A DNA stretch of 56,886 bases from an uncultured Clostridia bacterium (GCA_944384525.1 CALWTR010000044.1:1-56886), one strand, 5' to 3'; counted from the stretch's first letter, positions 1 to 10,529 are shown. Made by a program: numbers and translations. Notes: generated by a model not told the origin, from the letters alone.

Positions 1-1732
1 CTGTGCCGTCATCCAAAGTAAACTTCAAAAGCTTTTTGGACTTGGGCACTGCTTCGCAGGCCAGAACCTTTACGGCGCGGAAATCCGATTTGGAGAAGGT
101 TTCAAAGTCTACATAGTCTTTAAACAAAGGCTCGATTTCCACTTTGGAAAAGTCGATTTTTTCAGGCTCAGTTTTTGCATCTGTGACTGTTTCCTCTGCT
201 TTAGAGCTTACATCATTTTCCGTATTTGAGTCTTTAGAGGGTTTCATAGTGGGGAAGAGCAGAACGTCGCGTATGGAGGCGCTGTCCGTGAGCAGCATAA
301 CGAGCCTGTCCACACCGAAACCGAGTCCGCCCGTAGGAGGCAGACCGTATTCGAGAGCGGTCACATAGTCGTAATCAACCTCAGAGCGGCTCTCGGGATC
401 CTCTGCGCGTTTTGCCGCTACCTGGCGCTCAAAGCGCTCTTTCTGATCTATCGGGTCGTTCAGCTCGCTGAATGCATTGCCGTATTCTGTTGCGTTTATG
501 AAATATTCAAAGCGCTCGGTGAATGCCGGATCATCCTTCTTGCGTTTTGCAAGAGGGCTGTTTTCGACAGGGTAATCATATATGAATGTGGGCTGTATCA
601 GCTTTTTCTCTACGAAAGCATCGAAAAATTCGGCTAAAACGGTGCCCTTGGTCGCGTTCGCAGGTACTTCTACATGCATGCGCTTAGCGCATTCACGCGC
701 ATCCTCGTCCGTCTTCCAGTCATAGTAATCACAACCTGAATACAGCTTTACAGCCTCTGTCATTTTGAGGCGCTTCCATTGGCTCATATCTATTTCGGTG
801 CCCTGATAGGTTATTGAAAGGGACCCGCATATTTTGAGACAAAGGGTTTTATAGAGCTCCTCAACGAGATCCATCATACCATGGTAGTCGGCGAATGCCT
901 GGTAGAGCTCAACCGTCGTGAATTCCGGGTTGTGCTTGGTATCCATGCCCTCATTGCGGAAAATTCGTCCTACCTCATATACTCGGTCCATACCGCCGAC
1001 TATCAGCCGCTTGAGGTAGAGCTCTGTCTCTATTCGGAGATACATATCCATGTCCAGAGTGTTATGATGCGTTACGAACGGGCGAGCGGACGCTCCGATC
1101 TCAAGCGGGACGAGTATAGGGGTATCTACCTCGATAAATCCCTTGCCGTCCAGATATTTCCGTATCTCTGCGATTATGCGCGAACGTTTGACGAAAGTAT
1201 CCTTGACCTCCGGATTTACTATCAGATCGACATATCTCTGGCGATAGCGGAGATCGGTATTGGTGAGACCGTGGAACTTTTCCGGGAGGGGGAGGAGCGA
1301 CTTTGAGAGGAGCACCAGCTTTTCGCAGTGTATAGATATCTCTCCTGTCTTTGTCCTGAAGACAAAGCCTTCGACTCCTATTATATCTCCTACGTCGAGC
1401 TTCTTGAAGTCTGCATAGCTCTCTTCTCCGAGACCGTCCCGAGATACATACAGCTGTATTTTTCCGGTGCTGTCGAGCATGTGTGCGAACGACGCCTTGC
1501 CCATGATGCGGCGGCTTATCATTCTTCCGGCCATTTTGACGCTGTATCTCTCTCCGCTCTGCTCGAATTTAGGGAACTCGGCGATGACTCCCGCGCTGTC
1601 TGCGTCGACGTCGAACCTGGTTATTTCAAAAGGATCCTTTCCTGCGGCGCGCAGAGCGGCAAGCTTGTCTCTTCTTACCTGGAGCTCGCTTGTGCTGTTT
1701 GGAGTGTTCGTATTGTTTGTCTGTTCTGTCAT
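1..1732 (-). CDS. lysS: Lysine--tRNA ligase (class II) with fused C-terminal tRNA-binding (Trbp111/MetG C-terminal-like) domain; runs off the window edge
   Basis: Not in ORF track (no stop in window). Hand translation: MTEQTNN...AGRMISRRIMGKASF...LPEKFHG...SIRDVLLFPTMKP, then in frame EKIDFSKVEIEPLFKDYVDFETFSKSDFRAVKVLACEAVPKSKKLLKFTLDDGT. GGAG RBS upstream; follows greA. Confidence 0.95.
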   Translation of the reverse strand, partial: MTEQTNNTNTPNSTSELQVRRDKLAALRAAGKDPFEITRFDVDADSAGVIAEFPKFEQSGERYSVKMAGRMISRRIMGKASFAHMLDSTGKIQLYVSRDGLGEESYADFKKLDVGDIIGVEGFVFRTKTGEISIHCEKLVLLSKSLLPLPEKFHGLTNTDLRYRQRYVDLIVNPEVKDTFVKRSRIIAEIRKYLDGKGFIEVDTPILVPLEIGASARPFVTHHNTLDMDMYLRIETELYLKRLIVGGMDRVYEVGRIFRNEGMDTKHNPEFTTVELYQAFADYHGMMDLVEELYKTLCLKICGSLSITYQGTEIDMSQWKRLKMTEAVKLYSGCDYYDWKTDEDARECAKRMHVEVPANATKGTVLAEFFDAFVEKKLIQPTFIYDYPVENSPLAKRKKDDPAFTERFEYFINATEYGNAFSELNDPIDQKERFERQVAAKRAEDPESRSEVDYDYVTALEYGLPPTGGLGFGVDRLVMLLTDSASIRDVLLFPTMKPSKDSNTENDVSSKAEETVTDAKTEPEKIDFSKVEIEPLFKDYVDFETFSKSDFRAVKVLACEAVPKSKKLLKFTLDDGT

Positions 1733-1765
1733 ATGAATTCCGTTTCTCCGACGGACAGTCGGTAA

Positions 1766-2251
1766 TTATTCTGTAAGCGCCCGGCTTACGCTTTCTATCT
1801 TGAGCTGCATATCTCCGGCGGGGGTGTGTACCGTTACCTCGTCTCCCGCGCGCGCTCCGATTATCGCGGCGCCGATAGGAGAGGAGTCGGATATCTTTCC
1901 GTTTGCGGGGTCGGTCTCATAAGATCCGACTATATGGTATTCGACCTCCTGGCCTCTCTTTTTATTGAACACCTTTACTATCGAGCCGACGCTGATGACC
2001 GACTCGTCTATTTCGGACTCATCGATGACCTGCGCGTTTGCGATCATTTCCTTGAGCTCTGCTATTCTTGCGTGTATTTTACCTTGCTCGGCTTTTGCCT
2101 CATCGTATTCGCTGTTCTCGCTGAGGTCTCCGAAAGAGCGCGCTGTGGAGATCTCCTTTTTGTTTTCCTCTACCTTAGTATTTACAAGGTAGTCGAGCTC
2201 TTCCTGAAGCGCTTTGAAGCCTGCGGGGGTATAAGTCTTGGTTTCCGGCAT
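1766..2251 (-). CDS. greA: Transcription elongation factor GreA
   Basis: ARSFGDLSENSEYDEAK and ISDSSPIGAAIIG motifs; greA-lysS synteny. Confidence 0.97.
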   Translation of the reverse strand: MPETKTYTPAGFKALQEELDYLVNTKVEENKKEISTARSFGDLSENSEYDEAKAEQGKIHARIAELKEMIANAQVIDESEIDESVISVGSIVKVFNKKRGQEVEYHIVGSYETDPANGKISDSSPIGAAIIGARAGDEVTVHTPAGDMQLKIESVSRALTE

Positions 2252-2334
2252 GTCTGTCTCCTCTGGTTTGTGTAGTTATTATTTTCACGGTCCCTCAGGG
2301 GCCCGTTTTATACTTATTTGTAAACAAATATTTG

Positions 2335-3675
2335 CTATGCAGCGTTCTGCTGAATATTTGTAAGGCAGTTGATCGCAAATTCAAGCTGCAAGTCCTCGCT
2401 CCCGGTATTTTCTATGATGTGGTCGGGAGTTATGCCTATCCCCTCGTAATTGACTCCTGATGGAGGGTTGTAGAGTGCGATCGAGATCGTTATGGCGGAG
2501 CCGTCTTTGTATTCGAAAGTCGATTGCATGGTTCCTTTTTTATAGGTAGTCTGACCGATTATAGTCGCATCTATTATGCCTTCGGCGGCATAATCGCGCA
2601 GCGCGGAGGTGAATAGCTCGGCGGCCGAGGCGGTGTACTCGTTGCAGAGCACCGCGAACGGGAGCGAGACTTGGTGTCCGTCCGACGCTTTTGTAGAGTC
2701 TGTGCTTCCGTCGTAATATTTATATCCGACGATATCTCCGCCGTCCGGAAGTAAATAGTCGAGCACTTCTATTATGGATGTCAGGTACCCGCCCGGATTG
2801 GAGCGCACGTCAAAGATTATGCCTGATACGCCGGCGTCCGTCAGCGAGTCGACCGCGGCGGTGAACTGCGACGCTGTATTTTGTATGAACTGAGTTATTC
2901 TGATATATCCGATATTTCCTGCGAGTATCTCATGTGTGACAGTTATATCCTCCAGCTCTGTGCGGAGCATCGAGAATTCGATGCGCTCTGTCCCGCGCAG
3001 TACGGTGATGCTCACTGAGGAGCCTTGTTCTCCTTTGACCGCTCCGAGCGTCCCCTCATAACCGAGTATATCGACATCGGTACCGTCGACTGCAACTATA
3101 AAATCGCCGGGGAGTATTCCCGCCGTCTCTGCGGGAGAGTCTTCAAATACGTTCAGGATCTCATAGGTCCCGTCGAGCGCCGAATATGAAATATAGACGC
3201 CGATACCGCAGAATTCGCCGCTCATCTCGGCGTTGTAGCTCTCGTATTCTTCCGGGTTCATATAGTGAGAATACTTATCGCCCACAGCGGCGATGTAGCA
3301 GTTTATCAGCGCATCGGTGACCTTGTCCTCGTCACTGAGATCGATATCGTCATAGTAATTTTCAAGGAAGTTCAGTGCGACCGATCTCGCGGCGTCTCCG
3401 ACCTCCGGCATTTCGCCTACATAGTAGTTTTTAAAAAGATTTTCTATATATTTCAGCTTGGTCGAGTCGCTGTCCGGGAAACCCCATTTTTTAAGGTAGC
3501 TCGATACGTTGCTGTAAGAGCGGGAAGCCGAGGAGTTGACCTCTTCCAACAGTTCTTCCTTGCTCCGTATGACGGATGAGCCGCAGGAGGAGAGGACGAG
3601 TATCGCGGAAACGACAATGGCGCACAATATTGCAAACAGCGCCGCGCGCCGTACCGCGGTCTTTTTCAAGGACAT
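2335..3675 (-). CDS. S41 family carboxyl-terminal protease (PDZ + peptidase), predicted lipoprotein
   Basis: Lipobox VLSSC; GIGV and SPAETAGILPGD (PDZ); DVRSNPGG, TASAAE, GITPD motifs. Confidence 0.9.
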   Translation of the reverse strand: MSLKKTAVRRAALFAILCAIVVSAILVLSSCGSSVIRSKEELLEEVNSSASRSYSNVSSYLKKWGFPDSDSTKLKYIENLFKNYYVGEMPEVGDAARSVALNFLENYYDDIDLSDEDKVTDALINCYIAAVGDKYSHYMNPEEYESYNAEMSGEFCGIGVYISYSALDGTYEILNVFEDSPAETAGILPGDFIVAVDGTDVDILGYEGTLGAVKGEQGSSVSITVLRGTERIEFSMLRTELEDITVTHEILAGNIGYIRITQFIQNTASQFTAAVDSLTDAGVSGIIFDVRSNPGGYLTSIIEVLDYLLPDGGDIVGYKYYDGSTDSTKASDGHQVSLPFAVLCNEYTASAAELFTSALRDYAAEGIIDATIIGQTTYKKGTMQSTFEYKDGSAITISIALYNPPSGVNYEGIGITPDHIIENTGSEDLQLEFAINCLTNIQQNAA

Positions 3676-3771
3676 ATTTCGTTTTCCTTTACATGCTTTT
3701 TCATTTTATGAGCAATGCCCCGCTGATATTCTCGGCAGGGCAGATACTTATAGAGATCATGTTAAAATCAA

Positions 3772-4857
3772 TCAGAACTTTGCGGGCCGGCTGGTGAGAT
3801 ATTTCTTTACCATGAGCGCGACCTTGAATGTGACCGCATGGTCGAACTGTCTGAGGTCAAGCCCGGTTATCTTGCGTATTTTTTCAAGTCTGTATACGAG
3901 GGTGTTTCTGTGTACGAAAAGCTTTCTTGAGGTCTCGGATACGTTGAGGTTGTTTTCAAAGAAGCTCTGGACGGTCATGAGAGTCTCTTTGTCGAGAGAA
4001 TCGAGAGAGCCCTTTTTGAAAACTTCCTGAAGGAATATTTCGCATAGTGTGGTCGGGAGCTGATAGATAAGACGTCCTATCCCGAGATTTTCGTAACTGA
4101 TGACGCTCTTTTCCGTATCGAATACTTTTCCGACCTCAAGAGCGATCCTCGCCTCTTTGTATGCTCTCGCCAGATCTTTGAGGTTGTCGACTACGGTAGA
4201 GCATCCGATCGATACCTCGACCCCGTATCCGGAGGAGAGCTTGGATTCGATCTCGTGCGCGAGCTCCTCCGTCTTGTCCTCCTCAGCCCCGTCCGCCATT
4301 TCACGGACAAGTACGACGTCAGTTTCGTTTATATTGATAACGTAGTCATGCTCTCTGTCCGGGAAAAGCTCCTGGACCATCTCATAGGGGAGGGTAGAGC
4401 CCTGCGTCGCGAACTTTATTATATAAACGACGCGGTCGCATTCGCTATCGAAATGCAGCTCCTTGCTCTTGACGTATATATCGCTCGGCAGGATATTGTC
4501 GAGCATAATGTTTTTGATGAAAGAGCCCTTGTCATATTTGTCGTCATAGAGATTGCGTATATTTCCGAGCGATACCGCGAGTATCGCAGACATTTTTTCC
4601 GCGTGCTTGTCCTCGCCCTCGACAAAGACGAGCCCGTCTACCTTTCCGCCTACCGATATATATCTGTAAGTATAGCCGTCTATAACTGCTGTCTCTGAGG
4701 AGTAGGAGAGCTCTTCTCTGATCTTCTGCATAGATTCACCTATGCGAGAGAGTTCACTGCAAGCGATGATTATGCCATTTTCATCAATGACGCCTATGGT
4801 CCTGCTCATCGCGTCCTTCATCTGATGGATAATGCTTTGATACAGCCGATTAGACAT
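3772..4857 (-). CDS. CdaR/PucR family transcriptional regulator
   Basis: C-terminal HTH NLNVSETSRKLFVHRNTLVYRLEKIRKITGLDLR; N-terminal sugar-diacid-recognition-like region. Confidence 0.92.
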   Translation of the reverse strand: MSNRLYQSIIHQMKDAMSRTIGVIDENGIIIACSELSRIGESMQKIREELSYSSETAVIDGYTYRYISVGGKVDGLVFVEGEDKHAEKMSAILAVSLGNIRNLYDDKYDKGSFIKNIMLDNILPSDIYVKSKELHFDSECDRVVYIIKFATQGSTLPYEMVQELFPDREHDYVININETDVVLVREMADGAEEDKTEELAHEIESKLSSGYGVEVSIGCSTVVDNLKDLARAYKEARIALEVGKVFDTEKSVISYENLGIGRLIYQLPTTLCEIFLQEVFKKGSLDSLDKETLMTVQSFFENNLNVSETSRKLFVHRNTLVYRLEKIRKITGLDLRQFDHAVTFKVALMVKKYLTSRPAKF

Positions 4858-4913
4858 ATACGGATCTCCTTTCGGAAGTGAAAAAACTATTTTATTTATA
4901 GATACTGTACTAT

Positions 4914-4942
4914 ATTCTACCTCATTTTTTGTTATTTTTCAA
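4914..4942 (-). promoter_or_regulatory. sigma-A-like promoter for the CdaR-family gene
   Basis: Minus strand TTGAAA-N17-TAGAAT. Confidence 0.6.
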
Positions 4943-5005
4943 TACACTTTTCAAAAATATTTACTAAATTGATAAAAATATTTTTTATCGTATCGTAAAA
5001 AACCA

Positions 5006-5776
5006 CTAAACAAAAGGGGCTTGTTGCTCAAAAAAGAAGGAGACAGAGGAGAGAGCGAAGATGGCGGCAGTCTCGCACCGCAGTATGCGCGGACCCAGGC
5101 TCACGGCAGGGAATCCGCGATCGAGTACCGCCTTCGCCTCCGATATGGAGAACCCACCTTCGCTCCCTATTATGATGCCCAGCCTGGGGGGATCTTTCTC
5201 ACTGAGGCTTGGCGAAAGAGCCTTGAGCGCGGAATAAAGGCTCTCTGTTTTTTCGTTTTCGTAACAGAACAGTACGGCATCGCAGTTCTCGCCGGCGTCA
5301 CGGATCATATCTGAAAAAGAGATCGGTCCGGAAATCTCCGGCACTACACCGCGCCCGCATTGCTTTGCAGCTTCGAGAGCTATCTTGCGTAGTCTTGCGG
5401 TCTGTTTTTCTATTTTATCCGATTTCGGACGTTTCACGCATCGTTCGGATTCAAAAGGAACGACTTTGTATACGCCGAGCTCAACTGCTTTTTGAATTAT
5501 GAGCTCGAGCTTGTCACCTTTAGGGTACGCCTGGTATAATACCGTTCGGACACGGCTTTCTGCACGGCTTCTTTGAGAGGATATGACCGATAGGATACAC
5601 TCGTCGTCTCTGATCCTTATAAGCGAGCAGAGATGTTCTGTCGCGTCCGGTGTGCAGACAGTGACGGATTCGCCCTCTGCCATCCTGAGCGACCGGGCTA
5701 TATGATAGGCGTCCTCGCCGGTGATCATTGCCGTCTCGCCTGAAAAATTTTCCCACGGGATGAAGAAATGATGCAT
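5006..5776 (-). CDS. rsmE: 16S rRNA m3U1498 methyltransferase RsmE
   Basis: KAVELGV, EAAKQCGR, IGSEGGFS, LGPRILRCETA; likely start MHHFF at 5776, directly after the prmA stop. Confidence 0.95.
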   Translation of the reverse strand: MHHFFIPWENFSGETAMITGEDAYHIARSLRMAEGESVTVCTPDATEHLCSLIRIRDDECILSVISSQRSRAESRVRTVLYQAYPKGDKLELIIQKAVELGVYKVVPFESERCVKRPKSDKIEKQTARLRKIALEAAKQCGRGVVPEISGPISFSDMIRDAGENCDAVLFCYENEKTESLYSALKALSPSLSEKDPPRLGIIIGSEGGFSISEAKAVLDRGFPAVSLGPRILRCETAAIFALSSVSFFFEQQAPFV

Positions 5777-5777
5777 A

Positions 5778-6734
5778 TCAGACTCCTGCGCCGCTGTTTT
5801 TGTCAGCACATCCGGGCTTTTGCGCCAGGATCGCCGCCCAGTCGTTTTCGTGCCTGGTTTCCAAGATCCGATACCCTGCGTTCTTCAGCGCCTGCGCCAC
5901 GTCGGTCTCCCGGTCTCCTATTATCCCGGAGAGCGCAACCAGAGCTCCGTCCCGGAGCATGCCCGAGAGCGAGGGGAGCATTCTTATTATTATATCGGCG
6001 ACGATATTAGCCGCGCAGAAACTGAATTTTTCGCCGCTTTCTACCGCGGACAAAAGATCGGATACGAGACAGGTTATATTGCGACAGCCGTTAACGGCTG
6101 CGTTTTCCTCCGCTACCTTGACCGCTACCGGATCGATATCGCAGGCAACTGCCTCCGCCGCTCCGAGTTTTGACGCGCATATAGACAGTATGCCCGAGCC
6201 TGTGCCTACATCGAGAAAGCGTTCCCCCTCGCGTACATAGTCAGACAGCATGCCTATCATCAGCCGTGTCGTCTCGTGAGTCCCGGTCCCGAAAGCCATT
6301 CCGGGATCCATGAGCACCGTTATTTCTCCTCTCTCAGGAGAGTACTGCTCCCATGCCGGAACTATAGTTATCCTGCCCATTCTGACAGGCTTGTAGTATT
6401 TCTTCCAGTTTTCCGCCCAGTCCTCCTCTTTTATGTCTGAGGCGGACAAAGATACATCGGTACCGAGGCATGAAAACCTGTCGCGCAGAAAGGAAAGCGC
6501 CTCCGCAGGGTTTCGTTCCGACGGCACGAATACAGATACCCGTACTGTCTCGCGGTCTGCATTCAGTATCTCATCGTCGACGAGCTCGCCGTACATTCCG
6601 TTAACGTCAAAATCGCTGTAATCTTCTATCATTATCGCGCTGTCTATCATGCTCATAACGGCGCTGATCGTGTCGAGGTCGCGCCTTTTTCCCTCTGCCG
6701 TTAGTTTGCACCATTCTCCGCTGTTCATGATCAT
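5778..6734 (-). CDS. prmA: Ribosomal protein L11 methyltransferase PrmA
   Basis: DWAENWKKYYKP, DPGMAFGTGTHETT, LDVGTGSGIL, ANIVADII. Confidence 0.96.
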   Translation of the reverse strand: MIMNSGEWCKLTAEGKRRDLDTISAVMSMIDSAIMIEDYSDFDVNGMYGELVDDEILNADRETVRVSVFVPSERNPAEALSFLRDRFSCLGTDVSLSASDIKEEDWAENWKKYYKPVRMGRITIVPAWEQYSPERGEITVLMDPGMAFGTGTHETTRLMIGMLSDYVREGERFLDVGTGSGILSICASKLGAAEAVACDIDPVAVKVAEENAAVNGCRNITCLVSDLLSAVESGEKFSFCAANIVADIIIRMLPSLSGMLRDGALVALSGIIGDRETDVAQALKNAGYRILETRHENDWAAILAQKPGCADKNSGAGV

Positions 6735-7642
6735 AACTCTCCTTTGCTTACTTCCGAAACGTCAAGTTTTATTTGCTTTATAAGATCCTGCACGCTGGGA
6801 AAGCGGATCTCCGGACGGATAAATTTCAAAAATTCTATCCTTACTGTCTCGCCGTAAATATTTTCGCTGAAGTCTTCTATATACGTTTCGAGATTGGCCT
6901 TGACCGCGTTTTCCACAGTAGGACGCAGTCCGGCGTTGGTGACTCCTCGGTAGCTTTTTCCGTTAAATGTGACCCGAGTCGCATAAACTCCGTTTTTGAG
7001 CTTTACCATCCCGTCCGGCTGTATCTGGTTGACGGTCGGGAACCCGATGCGTCTGCCAAGCTGTTTTCCGTGAACTACCGGGAGGATCACTGTGTAATTA
7101 TCTCCGAGCAACTTTGCCGCGGAATCTACCGCGCCGTCCTCCAGCAGTTCTCTTATCAAAGAGGAGCTTACAGGCGTGCCGCCGACAATGACCTCATCGC
7201 ATACGACGGCTCTCTCGCCCTCGTCCATCATCAGCCTTTCAAGCATGCGTGAATCCCCGGTCGCATCCTTGCCGAAGCGGTAATTGAAGCCGCATACTGC
7301 TGTTTTTACAGAAAGCGTATCCGTCAGGATATCCTTGACAAAGCTCTTGGGCGTCAGTGATGATACTTCTGAAAAAGGCAAAAAAATGACGCGTTCCACT
7401 CCGAGAGAATCAAATATCTCCAGTTTTCGCTCCGTGTCCGTGATCCTGGGTGAGGAGCTTTTGATGCCCGGGTCCTCGGAGCGAAAGGTGACGACAGCGG
7501 GAGATGTTCCGCTGTTTTTTGCGATGGAAACCGCCTTTTCGATTATCTTTCTGTGCCCTAGATGGACTCCGTCGAAAAAACCGAGTGCGGCAGTCAACTG
7601 AGGCATGTCAGAGCATGTCGCGGGAAAATCTATTATGTCCAT
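6731..7642 (-). CDS. ribF: Bifunctional riboflavin kinase/FAD synthetase
   Basis: GFFDGVHLGH, GFNYRFG, GRRIGFPTVN, GLRPT; GAGG RBS before ATG 7642. Confidence 0.95.
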   Translation of the reverse strand: MDIIDFPATCSDMPQLTAALGFFDGVHLGHRKIIEKAVSIAKNSGTSPAVVTFRSEDPGIKSSSPRITDTERKLEIFDSLGVERVIFLPFSEVSSLTPKSFVKDILTDTLSVKTAVCGFNYRFGKDATGDSRMLERLMMDEGERAVVCDEVIVGGTPVSSSLIRELLEDGAVDSAAKLLGDNYTVILPVVHGKQLGRRIGFPTVNQIQPDGMVKLKNGVYATRVTFNGKSYRGVTNAGLRPTVENAVKANLETYIEDFSENIYGETVRIEFLKFIRPEIRFPSVQDLIKQIKLDVSEVSKGEL

Positions 7643-7646
7643 GTTT

Positions 7647-10274
7647 TTAACCTCTGCGCGGCGTGATGTCATCCGCCGGATTGCCGCGCGCTTTTTTCAT
7701 TGATCTTTCTGCAAAGCCGCGGAGCTTTTTGCGCGCCGATCCGAGAGCGGCGGTGATAGGTCCGATGTTCGTCAGAATGAGTGCCGTCGCACCTGCCAGA
7801 GCCGATACCGCGGAAACTGCGATCCCGATGCTGTAAGATGAGGGAGAATATCTCAGCTCTATTGTGTGCTCTCCTTCCGGGACAATGGCTCCGAGCAAAG
7901 ATATATTTACATTTACGGTATCGGTTTTTTGACCGTCGACGTATACCTTCCATCCGCTGTCATAAGGGACCGAGAATGACAGGATGCGCGCTCCGCTGGT
8001 TATATCCACGTCAAATACGACCCGGTCGTTTGAAAATGAGATAAGCTCGAATGAGGAGCGGAGACTGGCGGCATTGCTTGCAGAGTCGGAAACGGTATAA
8101 TCGGCGATCGGAGAGACGGACAGTCCGTATTTTTCCGCAGTCTCCGCCGTTACGACCGTTGCGTTCATCAGGATAAGATCCTTAGTCTCGTCGTCTGCTT
8201 CCATGAAATCGTCGTATGACACGAGCGTCCTGTTTGCGAATGCGAGGGGCATTGCGGCGCTGTTCTGGTAGACGAATAGACCGTTTTCATCTCTGAGATA
8301 GGAGAAATAATCCGGGAGATCCGACCGGGGGCCTTCGGATATGAAATATTTTACGCCGAGATAGCTCATCAGCATATATCGGTCGTAAACTCCGTGTATG
8401 AAGTTAAGATCCGGACCGGTGATGTTTTCCGGAGTAACTCCGTTCTGGATGTAATGTTCTACGTTGTAGTAAAGAGCTACATATATCCCCATTTTCTGGA
8501 GGAAATTGACATAACTTCTGTTGTTTGAGGAATTATAGCATTTCAGCCCGAAATATCTCTGAGCCATTGCGTCGTTTTCCGATGTGATCTTTTCTATGGT
8601 GAGGATCGAATCAAAGTCCTTATTGATGCGGTAAAATCCGTTGTCTGAAGACTGGATGCTCTGTATGAGTTCAAGGCTAGCATCTTCATATGAGCTGTAA
8701 GGTTCTCCGGAATTGCCGTAGTCGACCGCGAGCCCGTCATTTGTGAACCAAACGAGATAATTGGATCTCAGCTCTACCGTCATAATTATAAACGCCAGAA
8801 ACACGGCGGAGCATCTTGTAACTGAATCTGAGATCCTGCGCATACCGGCATTTTCAGAGTGGACAGCGTCAGTGTGTGAGGGCAAATGCTTTCGCAAAAA
8901 ATCCGGCAAGGACAGCATCGCCCAGATCACGCAAACGCCTGTAAATACGAATATGATCGTATCCGCAGAGCTTTTTGCGCTCTCGCACAGGGCACGGTAG
9001 TTGTCTTCTTTGTCGGTCAAATATTTCTCCGCCATCGTCTTTGAGAGGGTGTTTATAGAGCAGTATATGAGCAATGCCGTGGACAGCATGGATGCCGCCA
9101 TAGCAGGGAAACTGAAGCGGCGAGCCTTTATTACCGCGTCTATACCTGCGGCAAGCGCGAGCGCCTGCATTGCGGATACTGCAAAATACCAGCGGAAATT
9201 TATCGTTGAGAACCCGTTCATTATATATGAGAAAAATGGTATGGCGGTAGCTACAGTAATGAGCACAACGGATACGGCGATGGCCGGACGGCTCTTTTTA
9301 TTGAGCGCAAATGCCTGAAACAGGAATATTATCACTGCGACCGAAAGGGATGAGGATAGCTGAAAGTAGTCGTTTGAATATCCCATATATCCGAAGTCAA
9401 ACGGACTTCCGAGCATATCGTTCCCGAAAGAACGCAGAACTGCGGTGCAGAGAGTGACGTAATCTATTTTAAAAAGCTCCTGCGACAGCTGAGTGTCGGT
9501 GCCGCCGGTGACCCTTGCATTACTCAGCACGATCGACAGTTGCGGCAGCAGTACGAACATGGCGATCGCGGCAGAGCAGATACCTGCCAGGGCCAGCCCT
9601 CCGACCTTAAGCGCGGATCTTTTGACCCCCGGTCTTCGTATCGCCAGGCGTACGATCAGGTATATGCAGGAGATTATCCCGCACATGTAAAAATAATAGT
9701 AAAAATATATGGCTGTCAGAGAAAGAGATATTATCAGCAGCAGTTTTTTGTTTTCGCATATGAATTGCTCAAGTCCGAGCAGGATAAGTGGGAAATATAC
9801 GCATACTGTGCCAAGCGCAAGATTGAGCCCCATTATCATATGGTATCCGGAGAAAGCATAGAGGACAGAGCCGAAAATTACGGCGGTATTTCCGAGAGAC
9901 AGACGGCGCAGATACAGGGCAAAACACAGTCCTGCTGCGATAAGCTTTACTATGAGGCACCACGCCATCATGTGCGGTATGCCGTCCCTGCCGAAAATGA
10001 AGCAGACATATGTGAAAGGGTCGAACATTGCGTCCCCGTGGCTCATCATGCTTGTCCCTATCCCCATGTTCCATGACCACATGCCTTTGCCGATATTGTC
10101 ATATATCATGTAATACGTCGGCAGATTTATGCGCAGAAGATCGCTCGCTATGCCTCGTCCCAGTATTTCGTAGCCGAGGAAAACGTATTTGTAAAGAAGT
10201 ATCGAGCAAAGCAATAGTATAAGAGCCGATACTGACAGGTATATGCTTAGCTTTTCTCTTTTACCGAAACTCAT
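7647..10274 (-). CDS. YfhO family polytopic membrane protein (GT-C-fold glycosyltransferase-like)
   Basis: 875 aa, many TM segments; WSWNMGIG, YAFSGY, FYRINK, LGVKY, SVPYDSGWKVYVDG, GEHTIELRYSP. Confidence 0.88.
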   Translation of the reverse strand: MSFGKREKLSIYLSVSALILLLCSILLYKYVFLGYEILGRGIASDLLRINLPTYYMIYDNIGKGMWSWNMGIGTSMMSHGDAMFDPFTYVCFIFGRDGIPHMMAWCLIVKLIAAGLCFALYLRRLSLGNTAVIFGSVLYAFSGYHMIMGLNLALGTVCVYFPLILLGLEQFICENKKLLLIISLSLTAIYFYYYFYMCGIISCIYLIVRLAIRRPGVKRSALKVGGLALAGICSAAIAMFVLLPQLSIVLSNARVTGGTDTQLSQELFKIDYVTLCTAVLRSFGNDMLGSPFDFGYMGYSNDYFQLSSSLSVAVIIFLFQAFALNKKSRPAIAVSVVLITVATAIPFFSYIMNGFSTINFRWYFAVSAMQALALAAGIDAVIKARRFSFPAMAASMLSTALLIYCSINTLSKTMAEKYLTDKEDNYRALCESAKSSADTIIFVFTGVCVIWAMLSLPDFLRKHLPSHTDAVHSENAGMRRISDSVTRCSAVFLAFIIMTVELRSNYLVWFTNDGLAVDYGNSGEPYSSYEDASLELIQSIQSSDNGFYRINKDFDSILTIEKITSENDAMAQRYFGLKCYNSSNNRSYVNFLQKMGIYVALYYNVEHYIQNGVTPENITGPDLNFIHGVYDRYMLMSYLGVKYFISEGPRSDLPDYFSYLRDENGLFVYQNSAAMPLAFANRTLVSYDDFMEADDETKDLILMNATVVTAETAEKYGLSVSPIADYTVSDSASNAASLRSSFELISFSNDRVVFDVDITSGARILSFSVPYDSGWKVYVDGQKTDTVNVNISLLGAIVPEGEHTIELRYSPSSYSIGIAVSAVSALAGATALILTNIGPITAALGSARKKLRGFAERSMKKARGNPADDITPRRG

Positions 10275-10529
10275 ATGGACTGACCTTTCTGACCGAATAT
10301 GCCGTGCCAGACCCGTATACAGGCAAATGGCGCCGGAATAGCGGAGCGATTTTGTGTTAAGGACGGCACGCGGCCGGGATATATCCTGCGGTATACGTGC
10401 GTAATTGCGAATTTGTATATTTATAAATCACAGTTACAAATTACAGTTTGATTTTAATTGTTGATATTTCTAAATATTAACTGATATAGCTGATATTTAA
10501 ACAAAAAACAGAATATAACAATATACATT

